This document shows, in pieces, positions 1-7,929 of a stretch of DNA of 24,000 bases (position 1 is the first letter of the stretch; the number at the start of each line of letters is the position of its first letter). The notes under the pieces were generated by a model. The model saw only the letters and a list, made by a program, of their open reading frames with translations. It searched no databases and was not told the DNA's origin. The translations under genes and the position numbers were made by a program. The stretch is from Burkholderiales bacterium RIFCSPLOWO2_02_FULL_57_36 (GTDB taxonomy: Bacteria > Pseudomonadota > Gammaproteobacteria > Burkholderiales > Burkholderiaceae_D), in the NCBI GenBank assembly GCA_001770855.1, contig MESE01000038.1, positions 15,818-39,817 of the forward strand. The letters run 5' to 3'.

Positions 1-180
1 ACTTCGTGTATTCGAACATTCAACTCGGAAGATCGACGTCATATTCAAGCGATTGACGTGCCTCAATCGCCTCCAAGTCGCAAAGCGCAGACTGGGACAG
101 CAGGGATGGCAGTTGTATCGGGAGATCATCCCGGATAGGAAAACGAACTTCGACGAGATTGGAAATCGTATCTTCCATGC

Positions 181-3100
181 ATGAATCAAATGCCGGCATA
201 TTTTCTGTCGAAGACACACCGGGTTTTTAAACGCACCGAAACCGAACCTGAAAGGAAAGCGCATGCAAGCGCGGATGCGCCCTGCAAGGATAACGCCGCA
301 AGCGGCATTTTGTTAGACGCTCTAAATACGGCCCGGCATGAATCATGCATTGCACCTGCCTCCGCATCCTATCCGGCGCAGGAATTTTCCACTTCAGAAG
401 TAATCTTCGCGATACAGAACCGGACTATCCACCTCATGCAAAAAAACCGTCAATCCCATATCGAATCGCTCACGCAAGCGATCGAGTTCTTGCAAAAAGA
501 ATTGGCTGCCAGCAAAAAAACCGAGACCGCCTTGCGCGAAAGCGAAGCGCGATTCCGTGCCATTTTTGACTACACCGCAATCGGTCTGGCGCAAATAGCC
601 GAAGACGGACGATTTGTCGAAGTCAATCCCGCATTTTGCAAACTTCTCGGTTACACCCGCGACGAATTGCTTTGCATGACTTATCTCGATATTACCCACC
701 CCGACGATCGGCAAACAGACAAAAACCGATGCAGCCGCCTTCTCGCAGGAGAGATTCGCTCAGTGATATGGGAAAAGCGCTATGTACGCAAGGACGGCAC
801 GCTTATCTGGACCACACTGAATCTCTCCGCAACCCAGCCGCCGGACGGTAAGTCTGTATATTTCCTGGCCGCCATAGAAAATATCAGCAACAGGAAAGCA
901 CTGCAGGAATCGCTGGGCCGGATGGCCACCAATCTCGCAAAGGCGGATGTGATGTCTTTATCCGGAACCTGGAAATGGAATGTCGAAACCAATGAAGTAA
1001 CGGCCTCCGAGGAAGTATTTCATCTGTTTGCGCTATCGCCTTCGCGCTCTCCCGTATCGATCGAATTATTCCTCGACCGGGTCCATCCCGAAGACAGGCC
1101 GGCCGTGAATCAGTTGTTGCGATCTGTCGCTTCGGGGCAGAATTCGTATCAGATCGAGTGTCGTTTGCTGCTCCCTGACGCCAGAGTTCGCCTGATATCG
1201 GTCATCGGCGAATGCTTTGACGAAACCATATCCGGGATGCCCCGCACCATGATTGGGATCGCCAAGGATATTACCCTGAGCAAAAGAGCGGAACAGGCGG
1301 TCGCGGAGAGCGAACAACGTTTCCGCCAGCTATTCGATTACGCCGTGGACGGCATTTTCATTGCAGACAGGGATGGAAAATATATCGATGTGAATCGATA
1401 TGCCGGACGCATGCTCGGGTATAGCCGGGATGAACTTGTCGGCAAACGTATCACGGACCTGATCAAGGAAACAGACCGGGAACGGCTCTTCAAGGGAAGA
1501 GAGTATTTTCTGGAAAATCCGGAGCACGTCCGGACCGAGGAATGGGACTTGAAGTGCAAGAACAATACATACATCGAGACCGAAGTCAGCTCCAGGATTC
1601 TTCCCGACGGTCGCTGGCTGATGATTGTGCGCGACATCAGCGAACGCAAACGGACGCAGATGGAACTGGAACGATACGCCGCGGAAGTACGCGACTTGTA
1701 TGACAACGCGCCGTGCGGCTATCACACCTTGAATCACGACGGGCTGTTCATCCAGATAAACCAGACTGAACTGGCATGGCTCGGATATGCAAGGGATGAA
1801 CTGATCGGGAAGAAAAATATCACGGATCTGCTGACCGATGAAAGCAAAAAAAAGTTTCATGCGTATTTCTCGTGCTTGATGAAGACGGGAATGGCGCGCG
1901 ATCTTGAATTCGAATTGATTCGCAAGGATGGGAGCATCCTGCCGGTGCTGTTAAGTGCATCCGCGATATTCGACGATCATGGAAATTTCGTCCAAGGCCG
2001 GGCGACGGTATTCGACATGACGGAAATGGCGGAAGCGCAAAAGAGATTGCGGCAAGCCGCGGCGGTCTTTGAACACACCAACGATGCCATCGTCATTACC
2101 AATGCCGACGATACGATCGTTGCCGTAAACAATGCATTCTCCGTAATAACGGGGTATCGCCCGGACGAGGTCATTGGCAAGCATCCCCGCCTGCTGAAGT
2201 CGGAGCGGCAAGGTGATGAATTCTATCGGGATCTTTGGCACTCCCTTGAGCAAACCGGAAAATGGCAGGGCGAAGTCTGGGACCGCCGCAAATCTGGCGC
2301 GCCGTTCCCTGCCTGGGAGAGCATCACCGCCGTGAAGGACCATAGCGGCAAGGTGACCGATTACATTTCAGTTTTCTCGGACATCACGAACATCAAGGAA
2401 TCCGAAGAAAAATTGCTCCAGCTTGCCTACCATGACCCGCTGACCGGCCTGCCGAACCGCCTGCTATTCAACGACAGGATGACTCAGGCAATCGCGCACG
2501 CGAAACGGCACTGCGCGCGCGCGGCGCTGTTGCTGCTCGATCTCGACCGGTTCAAGTTCATTAACGATACGCTCGGCCATGCGGCTGGAGATCAGCTTTT
2601 GCAGGCGGTCGGCACCCGGCTGAAAGCGGCAATTCGCGAAGAAGACACGGTGGCTCGTCTGGGCGGCGATGAATTTGCCATCATCCTCACGCAACTGGAG
2701 CACGCGGACGATGCGGCGCTGCTTGCGCAAAAGCTGACCAGGCTGGTCTCGGAACCGATTCATATCGAGGATCAGGTGCTCACGGTGTCCACCAGTATCG
2801 GCATCGGGATCTATCCGGACGATGCGCCCGATCCGGCGGCGCTTTCCAAGGCTGCCGACATGGCCATGTATGGCGCCAAGGACCATGGAGGAAATTCCTA
2901 CGCGTTCTATAAACTGGAAATGACCAGGGCAACCACGGAAACGCTCACGGTGGACCGTGACTTGCGGCTCGCAATCGAACGCAATGAACTGGTGTTGTTC
3001 TACCAGCCGAAAATCAATCTTGCAAACGGGCGCATCGTCGGCATCGAGGCCCTGGTGCGCTGGAACAGTCCTGCCCAGGGATTGCAGCTTCCCGGCAGAT

Positions 3101-3753
3101 TCATACAGATAGCCGAAGAAACCGGCCTGATTGAATTGATCGGCGATTGGGTGTTTGACGCTGCATGCGCGCAAATAAAAAAATGGCACATGGCCGATCT
3201 TCCTCCGATTCGGCTCGCAGTCAATGTATCCGCGCGTCAAATCAAAAAACCGCGCTTTGTGGATGAAATGCGCAGGCACGTCCTCGCATGTCAACCTCTG
3301 ACCGGCTTCGGCCTGGACCTCGAAATTACCGAGTCCGTGTTGCAGACCGACCCGGATATCGTGGATGCACTGAAAGAGCTGAAGTCGCTCGGAATCAAAA
3401 TCGCGATCGACGATTTCGGTACCGGATACTCATCGCTCAACTCCCTGAAGCATCTTCCGATCGACGTGCTGAAGATAGACCGGTCTTTCATCCATGGCAT
3501 TCCAGGCGATTCCGATGATAAAGCGATCAGTTCCGCCATCATCGCCATGGGACATAGCCTGAACATGAGCGTCATCGCGGAAGGCATCGAGACGCAGGAG
3601 CAGCTTCAATTCGTCATGGAGCAGCATTGCGACGAAGCGCAAGGTTTTCTGTTCTTCCCGCCGCTGCCAATGGAAGAATGCGAACACTTTCTGAGGTTCG
3701 GCGGCACGCGCTCGATATTCAAGTCACATGAAGCGCAGCATGGGTTTTCTTAA
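181..3753 (+). CDS. Multi-PAS sensor diguanylate cyclase/phosphodiesterase (about 5 PAS - GGDEF - EAL)
   Basis: 1190-codon ORF. Five PAS/PAC-like repeats by eye (e.g. ESEARFRAIFDYTAIG, AESEQRFRQLFDYAVDG, RQAAAVFEHTNDAIV). The GGDEF domain has an intact ARLGGDEFAIIL and an RxxD I-site (REED) five residues upstream. The EAL domain has EALVRW, DDFGTGYSSL, EGIETQEQ and QGFLF. The start is uncertain: no clear RBS at 181, and the in-frame ATG at 433 is an alternative. Confidence 0.9.
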   Translation: MNQMPAYFLSKTHRVFKRTETEPERKAHASADAPCKDNAASGILLDALNTARHESCIAPASASYPAQEFSTSEVIFAIQNRTIHLMQKNRQSHIESLTQAIEFLQKELAASKKTETALRESEARFRAIFDYTAIGLAQIAEDGRFVEVNPAFCKLLGYTRDELLCMTYLDITHPDDRQTDKNRCSRLLAGEIRSVIWEKRYVRKDGTLIWTTLNLSATQPPDGKSVYFLAAIENISNRKALQESLGRMATNLAKADVMSLSGTWKWNVETNEVTASEEVFHLFALSPSRSPVSIELFLDRVHPEDRPAVNQLLRSVASGQNSYQIECRLLLPDARVRLISVIGECFDETISGMPRTMIGIAKDITLSKRAEQAVAESEQRFRQLFDYAVDGIFIADRDGKYIDVNRYAGRMLGYSRDELVGKRITDLIKETDRERLFKGREYFLENPEHVRTEEWDLKCKNNTYIETEVSSRILPDGRWLMIVRDISERKRTQMELERYAAEVRDLYDNAPCGYHTLNHDGLFIQINQTELAWLGYARDELIGKKNITDLLTDESKKKFHAYFSCLMKTGMARDLEFELIRKDGSILPVLLSASAIFDDHGNFVQGRATVFDMTEMAEAQKRLRQAAAVFEHTNDAIVITNADDTIVAVNNAFSVITGYRPDEVIGKHPRLLKSERQGDEFYRDLWHSLEQTGKWQGEVWDRRKSGAPFPAWESITAVKDHSGKVTDYISVFSDITNIKESEEKLLQLAYHDPLTGLPNRLLFNDRMTQAIAHAKRHCARAALLLLDLDRFKFINDTLGHAAGDQLLQAVGTRLKAAIREEDTVARLGGDEFAIILTQLEHADDAALLAQKLTRLVSEPIHIEDQVLTVSTSIGIGIYPDDAPDPAALSKAADMAMYGAKDHGGNSYAFYKLEMTRATTETLTVDRDLRLAIERNELVLFYQPKINLANGRIVGIEALVRWNSPAQGLQLPGRFIQIAEETGLIELIGDWVFDAACAQIKKWHMADLPPIRLAVNVSARQIKKPRFVDEMRRHVLACQPLTGFGLDLEITESVLQTDPDIVDALKELKSLGIKIAIDDFGTGYSSLNSLKHLPIDVLKIDRSFIHGIPGDSDDKAISSAIIAMGHSLNMSVIAEGIETQEQLQFVMEQHCDEAQGFLFFPPLPMEECEHFLRFGGTRSIFKSHEAQHGFS

Positions 3754-3924
3754 AAAAAATCCAGCAGAATGACTCAAATCCGCACTGCCAAATTTATCAA
3801 CGAATTCAGCGCTCCATCCGGAAACTCGTACCGGAAAATGCGGTCAAACAGCTTTGCCGAAGTTCGACCCATCGCGGCACGAAAAACACGAAGGACGAAG
3901 CAATAAATTAGCCTGGATACAGTC

Positions 3925-4203
3925 GTGAATCAACAGTCCGCCATAACCGCAAGCAAACGCAGCATCTGGCTGCGCGGCTTGTTCATGCTGCTGATGGCGC
4001 TGGTCTACCAGTTGTGCGGAACGCTCTTGTTCATCATTGCCGTCATTCAGTTCGTGATTGCATTGGTGAATGACGTCCCCAACGCGCGGCTGGTTTCATT
4101 CGGCCGCGGCCTGGCGCTCTACATAAGGCAAATTGCGAACTATCTGGTCTTTGCCACGGACGAGATACCCTTCCCTTTCAGCGACTGGCCGGCGGCGGAA
4201 TGA
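3925..4203 (+). CDS. DUF4389-like small membrane protein
   Basis: 92-codon ORF with a GTG start. It has two hydrophobic helices (LFMLLMALVYQLCGTLLFIIAVIQFVIALV) and the C-terminal ...LVFATDEIPFPFSDWP ending that I recognise from the DUF4389 family. Confidence 0.65.
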   Translation: MNQQSAITASKRSIWLRGLFMLLMALVYQLCGTLLFIIAVIQFVIALVNDVPNARLVSFGRGLALYIRQIANYLVFATDEIPFPFSDWPAAE

Positions 4204-4319
4204 ATAAGGCTCAACCGGCTCCGGCATGCTCCCGGAAGCGGCGAAGTCATGAGGCATCTGATTCCTGTAAAGCATGCGATTGCGTAACGAACCGATAAAT
4301 TTTAGCGAAGGAGAACGTA

Positions 4320-4685
4320 ATGGCCACATCGAAAATCGATAAGTCGAACTGGCAAGCGTATTGCGACCAACTTTCCAAAACACTGACTGGAACAAGCGCC
4401 GAAATAGAGATCGACTCCCTGGCCATCGGGCAGCAGCTGGAAGCAAAATGGCTGCCGTTCCTGGGCATCGTCTATGAGCCAAAAACGAACACGATCGAAA
4501 TCCTGGTCGAAGGACTCGATCACATCATCCATGATCCGCAAGAGTTGTATGTCGATTACGATGCGGTCGGGCTGACCAGCCTTGAAGTGATCAGCGAAGA
4601 CGACGTCCGCCAGATCGTCAAATTGCGCCAGCCGGTCATGTTGCCGCCGCCCGCGGCAGGCACGGGGATTGGACCACGCGCCTGA
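4320..4685 (+). CDS. DUF5335-like conserved hypothetical protein
   Basis: 121-codon ORF with a strong RBS (gaaggagaacgtaATG). The N-terminus (MATSKIDKSNWQAYCDQLSK) and overall layout resemble DUF5335 proteins. A hairpin plus T-tract follows it. Confidence 0.6.
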   Translation: MATSKIDKSNWQAYCDQLSKTLTGTSAEIEIDSLAIGQQLEAKWLPFLGIVYEPKTNTIEILVEGLDHIIHDPQELYVDYDAVGLTSLEVISEDDVRQIVKLRQPVMLPPPAAGTGIGPRA

Positions 4686-4698
4686 CCAGGTGACAAGG

Positions 4699-4735
4699 GC
4701 AGGCGCAGGTTGCCTGCAATATCCTTTTCCTTTTT
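4699..4735 (+). terminator. Probable rho-independent terminator after the DUF5335-like gene
   Basis: GCAGGC (4699-4704) pairs with GCCTGC (4712-4717) around a 7-nt loop. It is followed by the T-rich tract atccttttcctttttc. Confidence 0.45.
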
Positions 4736-4778
4736 CACTCACCCTGCGCGTTCGCTCAGCCGCGTGCCGGTGCACTCG

Positions 4779-5432
4779 CTATCGGCTGATTAGGCTCTCA
4801 TTCGATCTTTGATACGGGCTTGCATACGAGCCAGAGGCGCCGTCGACAATGTTCACTAGCCGCAGCGGTTCCGCACCATGCTCGGTCATCACATCGATCG
4901 CCGCCTGGCCATCGCCGGGTTGCAGGTTGACCGCCCGTATGGCATCCAGCAAAAGCATCACCTTGAAGCCGTGCGACAACGCATCGATTACCGTATTCAA
5001 TACGCAGTAATCGGTTGCCAGCCCGCCGATGAATAGACGTTCAATGCCGCGCGACTTGAGTTGGGCGGCCAGATCGGTTCCTTCAAAACCGGAGTAGGCA
5101 TCTTTTTCCGGTGTTGTGGCTTTCGACACGATTGTGGCGGTATAAGGCAAATTCAGCCCCGCAGGAAACCGCGCTCCGGTCGAGCCTGCGATGCAATGCG
5201 GCGGCCAGATCCCGCCTTGCGGCTTGAACGAGCAATGATCTGACGGATGCCAGTCGCGCGTCGCATAAATCGGCAAAGATCGGCGATTGAACAGGTCGAT
5301 GTAGCGATTCAAAACAGGAACCACTTCATCGCCCGCCCGCACCGCCAGTTTCCCCTCAGGCAAAAAATCGTTTTGCACATCGACGATCACCAAGGCATCT
5401 TTGGGTATCGGCTGGATGGTGTCCGTAGGCAT
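4779..5432 (-). CDS. pncA: Nicotinamidase/pyrazinamidase (isochorismatase-like hydrolase)
   Basis: This is the C-terminal 217 codons of the 440-codon ORF, starting at the internal ATG (MPTDTIQPIPKDALVIVDVQNDF...). It has the Asp-Lys-Cys triad context (VDVQNDF, IVSKAT, GLATDYCV) and the metal-binding motif TRDWHPSDHCSF typical of PncA. The upstream 223 codons of the ORF are antisense to the next gene and are not coding. Confidence 0.85.
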   Translation of the reverse strand: MPTDTIQPIPKDALVIVDVQNDFLPEGKLAVRAGDEVVPVLNRYIDLFNRRSLPIYATRDWHPSDHCSFKPQGGIWPPHCIAGSTGARFPAGLNLPYTATIVSKATTPEKDAYSGFEGTDLAAQLKSRGIERLFIGGLATDYCVLNTVIDALSHGFKVMLLLDAIRAVNLQPGDGQAAIDVMTEHGAEPLRLVNIVDGASGSYASPYQRSNESLISR

Positions 5433-5633
5433 ATTAATTGAGTTCGCAAATGGATAATCGGATAACAGGACGGCGAGCAATTCTTTGCCGCTGCTATCAG
5501 CATATTGATATCGGCCCAAGCGTGAAGACTTCGATACCGTGCGCTTGATGCATGTCAAATGAACAGCCCCGACACCGGAGTATTCGTATGCTGGAGAGTG
5601 ACCAACACAATCATGGCAAACAAGGAGCTGCAA

Positions 5634-6128
5634 ATGAAAAAAATTATTCTCGCAGTGGCATTGGCGGCAACGGCTTTTCCGGGCATGACGCAGCAGCCTG
5701 CGGAAAAAAAACCGCAGGAGCAACAGTCCGCACCGACGCCGGAAGAATTCGACAAGCAATCGGCGCAGATCCAGGAAAACATGAACAGGATGCAGCAGCA
5801 GATGGACAAGATCCGCCAGACCCAGGATCCGCAGGAACGCCAGCGATTGCTTCAGGAACACTGGACCACGATGCAGTCCACGATGACGGCGATGCATGCG
5901 CTGGGCGGCCCCGGTATGATGGGAGGCCGGGGAGGAATGATGGGCGGACCGGGGATGATGGGCTGGGGACGCATGGGCGATTACTACAACAAGCTCACGC
6001 CGGAACAGTTGAAGCAACGCCAGTACATGATGGACCAGCGGCTGCGCCTGCACCAGACGATGATGGAGCAAATGATGCAGCGTCAATACTGGATGGGCCA
6101 ACCGCAGCCGGCGCCGAAGGCGAAATAA
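5634..6128 (+). CDS. Periplasmic Met-rich LTXXQ-motif protein (Spy/CpxP/ZraP-like)
   Basis: The start is moved to ATG 5634, giving an aaggag RBS at 5622-5627 and a signal peptide (MKKIILAVALAATAFPGMTQQ). It carries an LTPEQ (LTXXQ) motif and the GGPGMMGGRGGMMGGPGMMGWGRMG repeat. I count about 22 Met in 164 residues by eye, and it is also Gln-rich. Confidence 0.75.
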   Translation: MKKIILAVALAATAFPGMTQQPAEKKPQEQQSAPTPEEFDKQSAQIQENMNRMQQQMDKIRQTQDPQERQRLLQEHWTTMQSTMTAMHALGGPGMMGGRGGMMGGPGMMGWGRMGDYYNKLTPEQLKQRQYMMDQRLRLHQTMMEQMMQRQYWMGQPQPAPKAK

Positions 6129-6345
6129 TCCGGCCCGGTTCCAGCATGCCCAGCATTACGCGGGACTGCCTTTAAAGCGGACCTCCCTACAGGAGTTCAT
6201 GAACAGCATCATGCCGAAAAAATGGTGACATGCCTGCAAACCGGCCGGCAATCCATTCTCGGAGAATTAATTTCGCGACCGCATTTTTTATGTAATCCAC
6301 ACAGTCTGCAAATTAACGAATGTTGCATTGTGAAAGGATATCGCG

Positions 6346-7158
6346 ATGACTTCAGTCGACCCCTTTGGAAAAACCGACCAGCTTGATGACGCGATGCTGG
6401 AGGCCCTCGCGGTTCGGTTCGAAGCCCGTGGAAAACATCCTCTGTTCTCGAAAATGCTGAACGAGTACCTCGATGCCATGAACCCCGCCAGTACCGCCAC
6501 CGTCCTCGACATGGGCGGTCTGGCGGCTCGGGCCATCGCACGCCGCCCCGGTTTCTCCGGAAGCATTACCGGCGTTGATCTCAGCCCTTACCTCGTGGCG
6601 TCAGCGAATCGTCTGGCTGGCGAGGAAGGTCTTGCCGAACATCTGCATTTTCAAGTCGGGGATGTTCGCAGGCTCGCCTTTGCCGACGGGACATTCGACG
6701 CCCTCGTCGCGCATACGCTGTTGAGCCACGTCGATGATCCATTGCCGGTACTCAAGGAGGCGGCAAGACTTGTGCAGCCCGGCGGAATGATCGGCATCTT
6801 CGACGGCGATTATGCATCCTTGACGTTCGACCAAGCGAACCCTGTCACGGCAAAGGCCTGCGACGAAGCCCTGATTGCCGGCGTGGTCACGAATCCGCGA
6901 ATCATGCGCCAGATGCCGCGAATGCTCCGCGCGGCCGGCCTGGATCTGGCCGCGTCGTTCTCATACGTTCTATCGGAAGCGGGAACAGCCAGCTTCTGGT
7001 CGTCAGCCATCGAGACATATCGGAAGGTAATCCCGAAGGCCGGAACAATGACGGAGGACGAGGCGAATGCCTGGGCGGCGGCCCTGCGCGGTGATTCCGT
7101 CGCGCATGTCTTTTTCGGAAGTTGCAACTACTACGCTTACCTCGCCAGGCGCCCATAG
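6346..7158 (+). CDS. Class I SAM-dependent methyltransferase (Methyltransf_11-like)
   Basis: 270-codon ORF. It shows post-motif-I features (ITGVDLSPYLV, acidic loop FQVGDVRRLAFADGTFDALV, LKEAARLVQPGGMIGIFD). Motif I itself is atypical (VLDMGGLAARA). Confidence 0.8.
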   Translation: MTSVDPFGKTDQLDDAMLEALAVRFEARGKHPLFSKMLNEYLDAMNPASTATVLDMGGLAARAIARRPGFSGSITGVDLSPYLVASANRLAGEEGLAEHLHFQVGDVRRLAFADGTFDALVAHTLLSHVDDPLPVLKEAARLVQPGGMIGIFDGDYASLTFDQANPVTAKACDEALIAGVVTNPRIMRQMPRMLRAAGLDLAASFSYVLSEAGTASFWSSAIETYRKVIPKAGTMTEDEANAWAAALRGDSVAHVFFGSCNYYAYLARRP

Positions 7159-7512
7159 AAGCTGCATGCTGCATGCAGTGCACGACATCAAGCGCCGCCA
7201 CGGATGCAAAGCGCGAAATCCACCCGTGAACATTTTGCTTCTTTTCAATCGGAACGGCGAGGAGAGCCGCGACGTCATAACGACCGTGCTGGCCGATGAG
7301 GAATATCTTGTTGCTACGGCAACTTGTTCATGGCAGGATACGTGACCGGTTTACAGGATTTCATGGGAATTGCTATACCGGTGAAAATTCACATCACGTA
7401 TCCCGCGAAGTCAGCAGGCAAGCCATTTACAGAAGATTCGGATGACCAATGACTGCCCCTATGCCTTTTTTTATTCCGCAGATGCTGCGGAATACATTTC
7501 GTTAAAGGGCTT

Positions 7513-7815
7513 ATGGATATGCTAGCCGCTGTAATCCTAAGTTTAGTTTCGCTCGCGCTAACGGGGGCTGCCTGGGGTCGGATACTTCGAAGGAAAAATC
7601 CGTGGCCGAGCAAGCTGGGATATTTGGTTTTGACCGCCGTCCCGCTTGCCGGACCGATGTTTTATATGATTATCGACCCACCGGAAAACGGCCCCATCGC
7701 GACTGCTCCTGAGAAGCTGTGGACTCGGACGGAAAGGCACGGAAATAAGGTGTGGCCGTCTTTTTCTCCCCTGATTAATTTTCTCGCTCGGCTTTTCGGT
7801 GATCGCAAAGGGTAG
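7513..7815 (+). CDS. Small two-TM membrane protein (PLDc_N-like N-terminal part)
   Basis: 100-codon ORF. It has two hydrophobic segments separated by a basic loop (WGRILRRKNPWPSKLGYLVLTAVPLAGPMFYMII), a pattern like the PLD-nuclease N-terminal small-membrane-protein family. The RBS is weak. Confidence 0.45.
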   Translation: MDMLAAVILSLVSLALTGAAWGRILRRKNPWPSKLGYLVLTAVPLAGPMFYMIIDPPENGPIATAPEKLWTRTERHGNKVWPSFSPLINFLARLFGDRKG

Positions 7816-7929
7816 GATGGACACGTATAAAAGAAGAAATCACGCCTTTAGCTTGTCACTGAACACGGATGCGCAATCACATCCGTCGGTTCCACTTTGC
7901 CCATATCAGCAACCGGAGGCTACCACTCA

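Noticed and set aside
20-217. 65-codon minus-strand ORF at the left edge, overlapping the annotated start of the PAS-GGDEF-EAL gene
   Set aside because: There is no Shine-Dalgarno before any of its three in-frame ATGs and no recognisable family, and it overlaps the neighbouring gene's 5' end. It cannot be excluded as a small acidic protein, but the sequence alone does not support it.
5433-6101. N-terminal 223 codons of the 440-codon minus-strand ORF 4779-6101
   Set aside because: Only the C-terminal 217 codons (from ATG 5432) look like a protein, namely PncA. The upstream part is low-complexity H/R/L-rich and runs exactly antisense to the well-supported Met-rich gene, which has an RBS, a signal peptide and an LTXXQ motif. 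The Met/Gln codons (ATG/CAG) of that gene avoid stops on the opposite strand, and this explains the open frame.
7473-7493. Perfect 9-bp hairpin ATTCCGCAG-atg-CTGCGGAAT just upstream of the small membrane protein gene
   Set aside because: The T-run lies before the stem on the plus strand, and an A-run follows it on the minus strand, so it is not a canonical intrinsic terminator in either direction. It may be a leader structure, but I have no further support.
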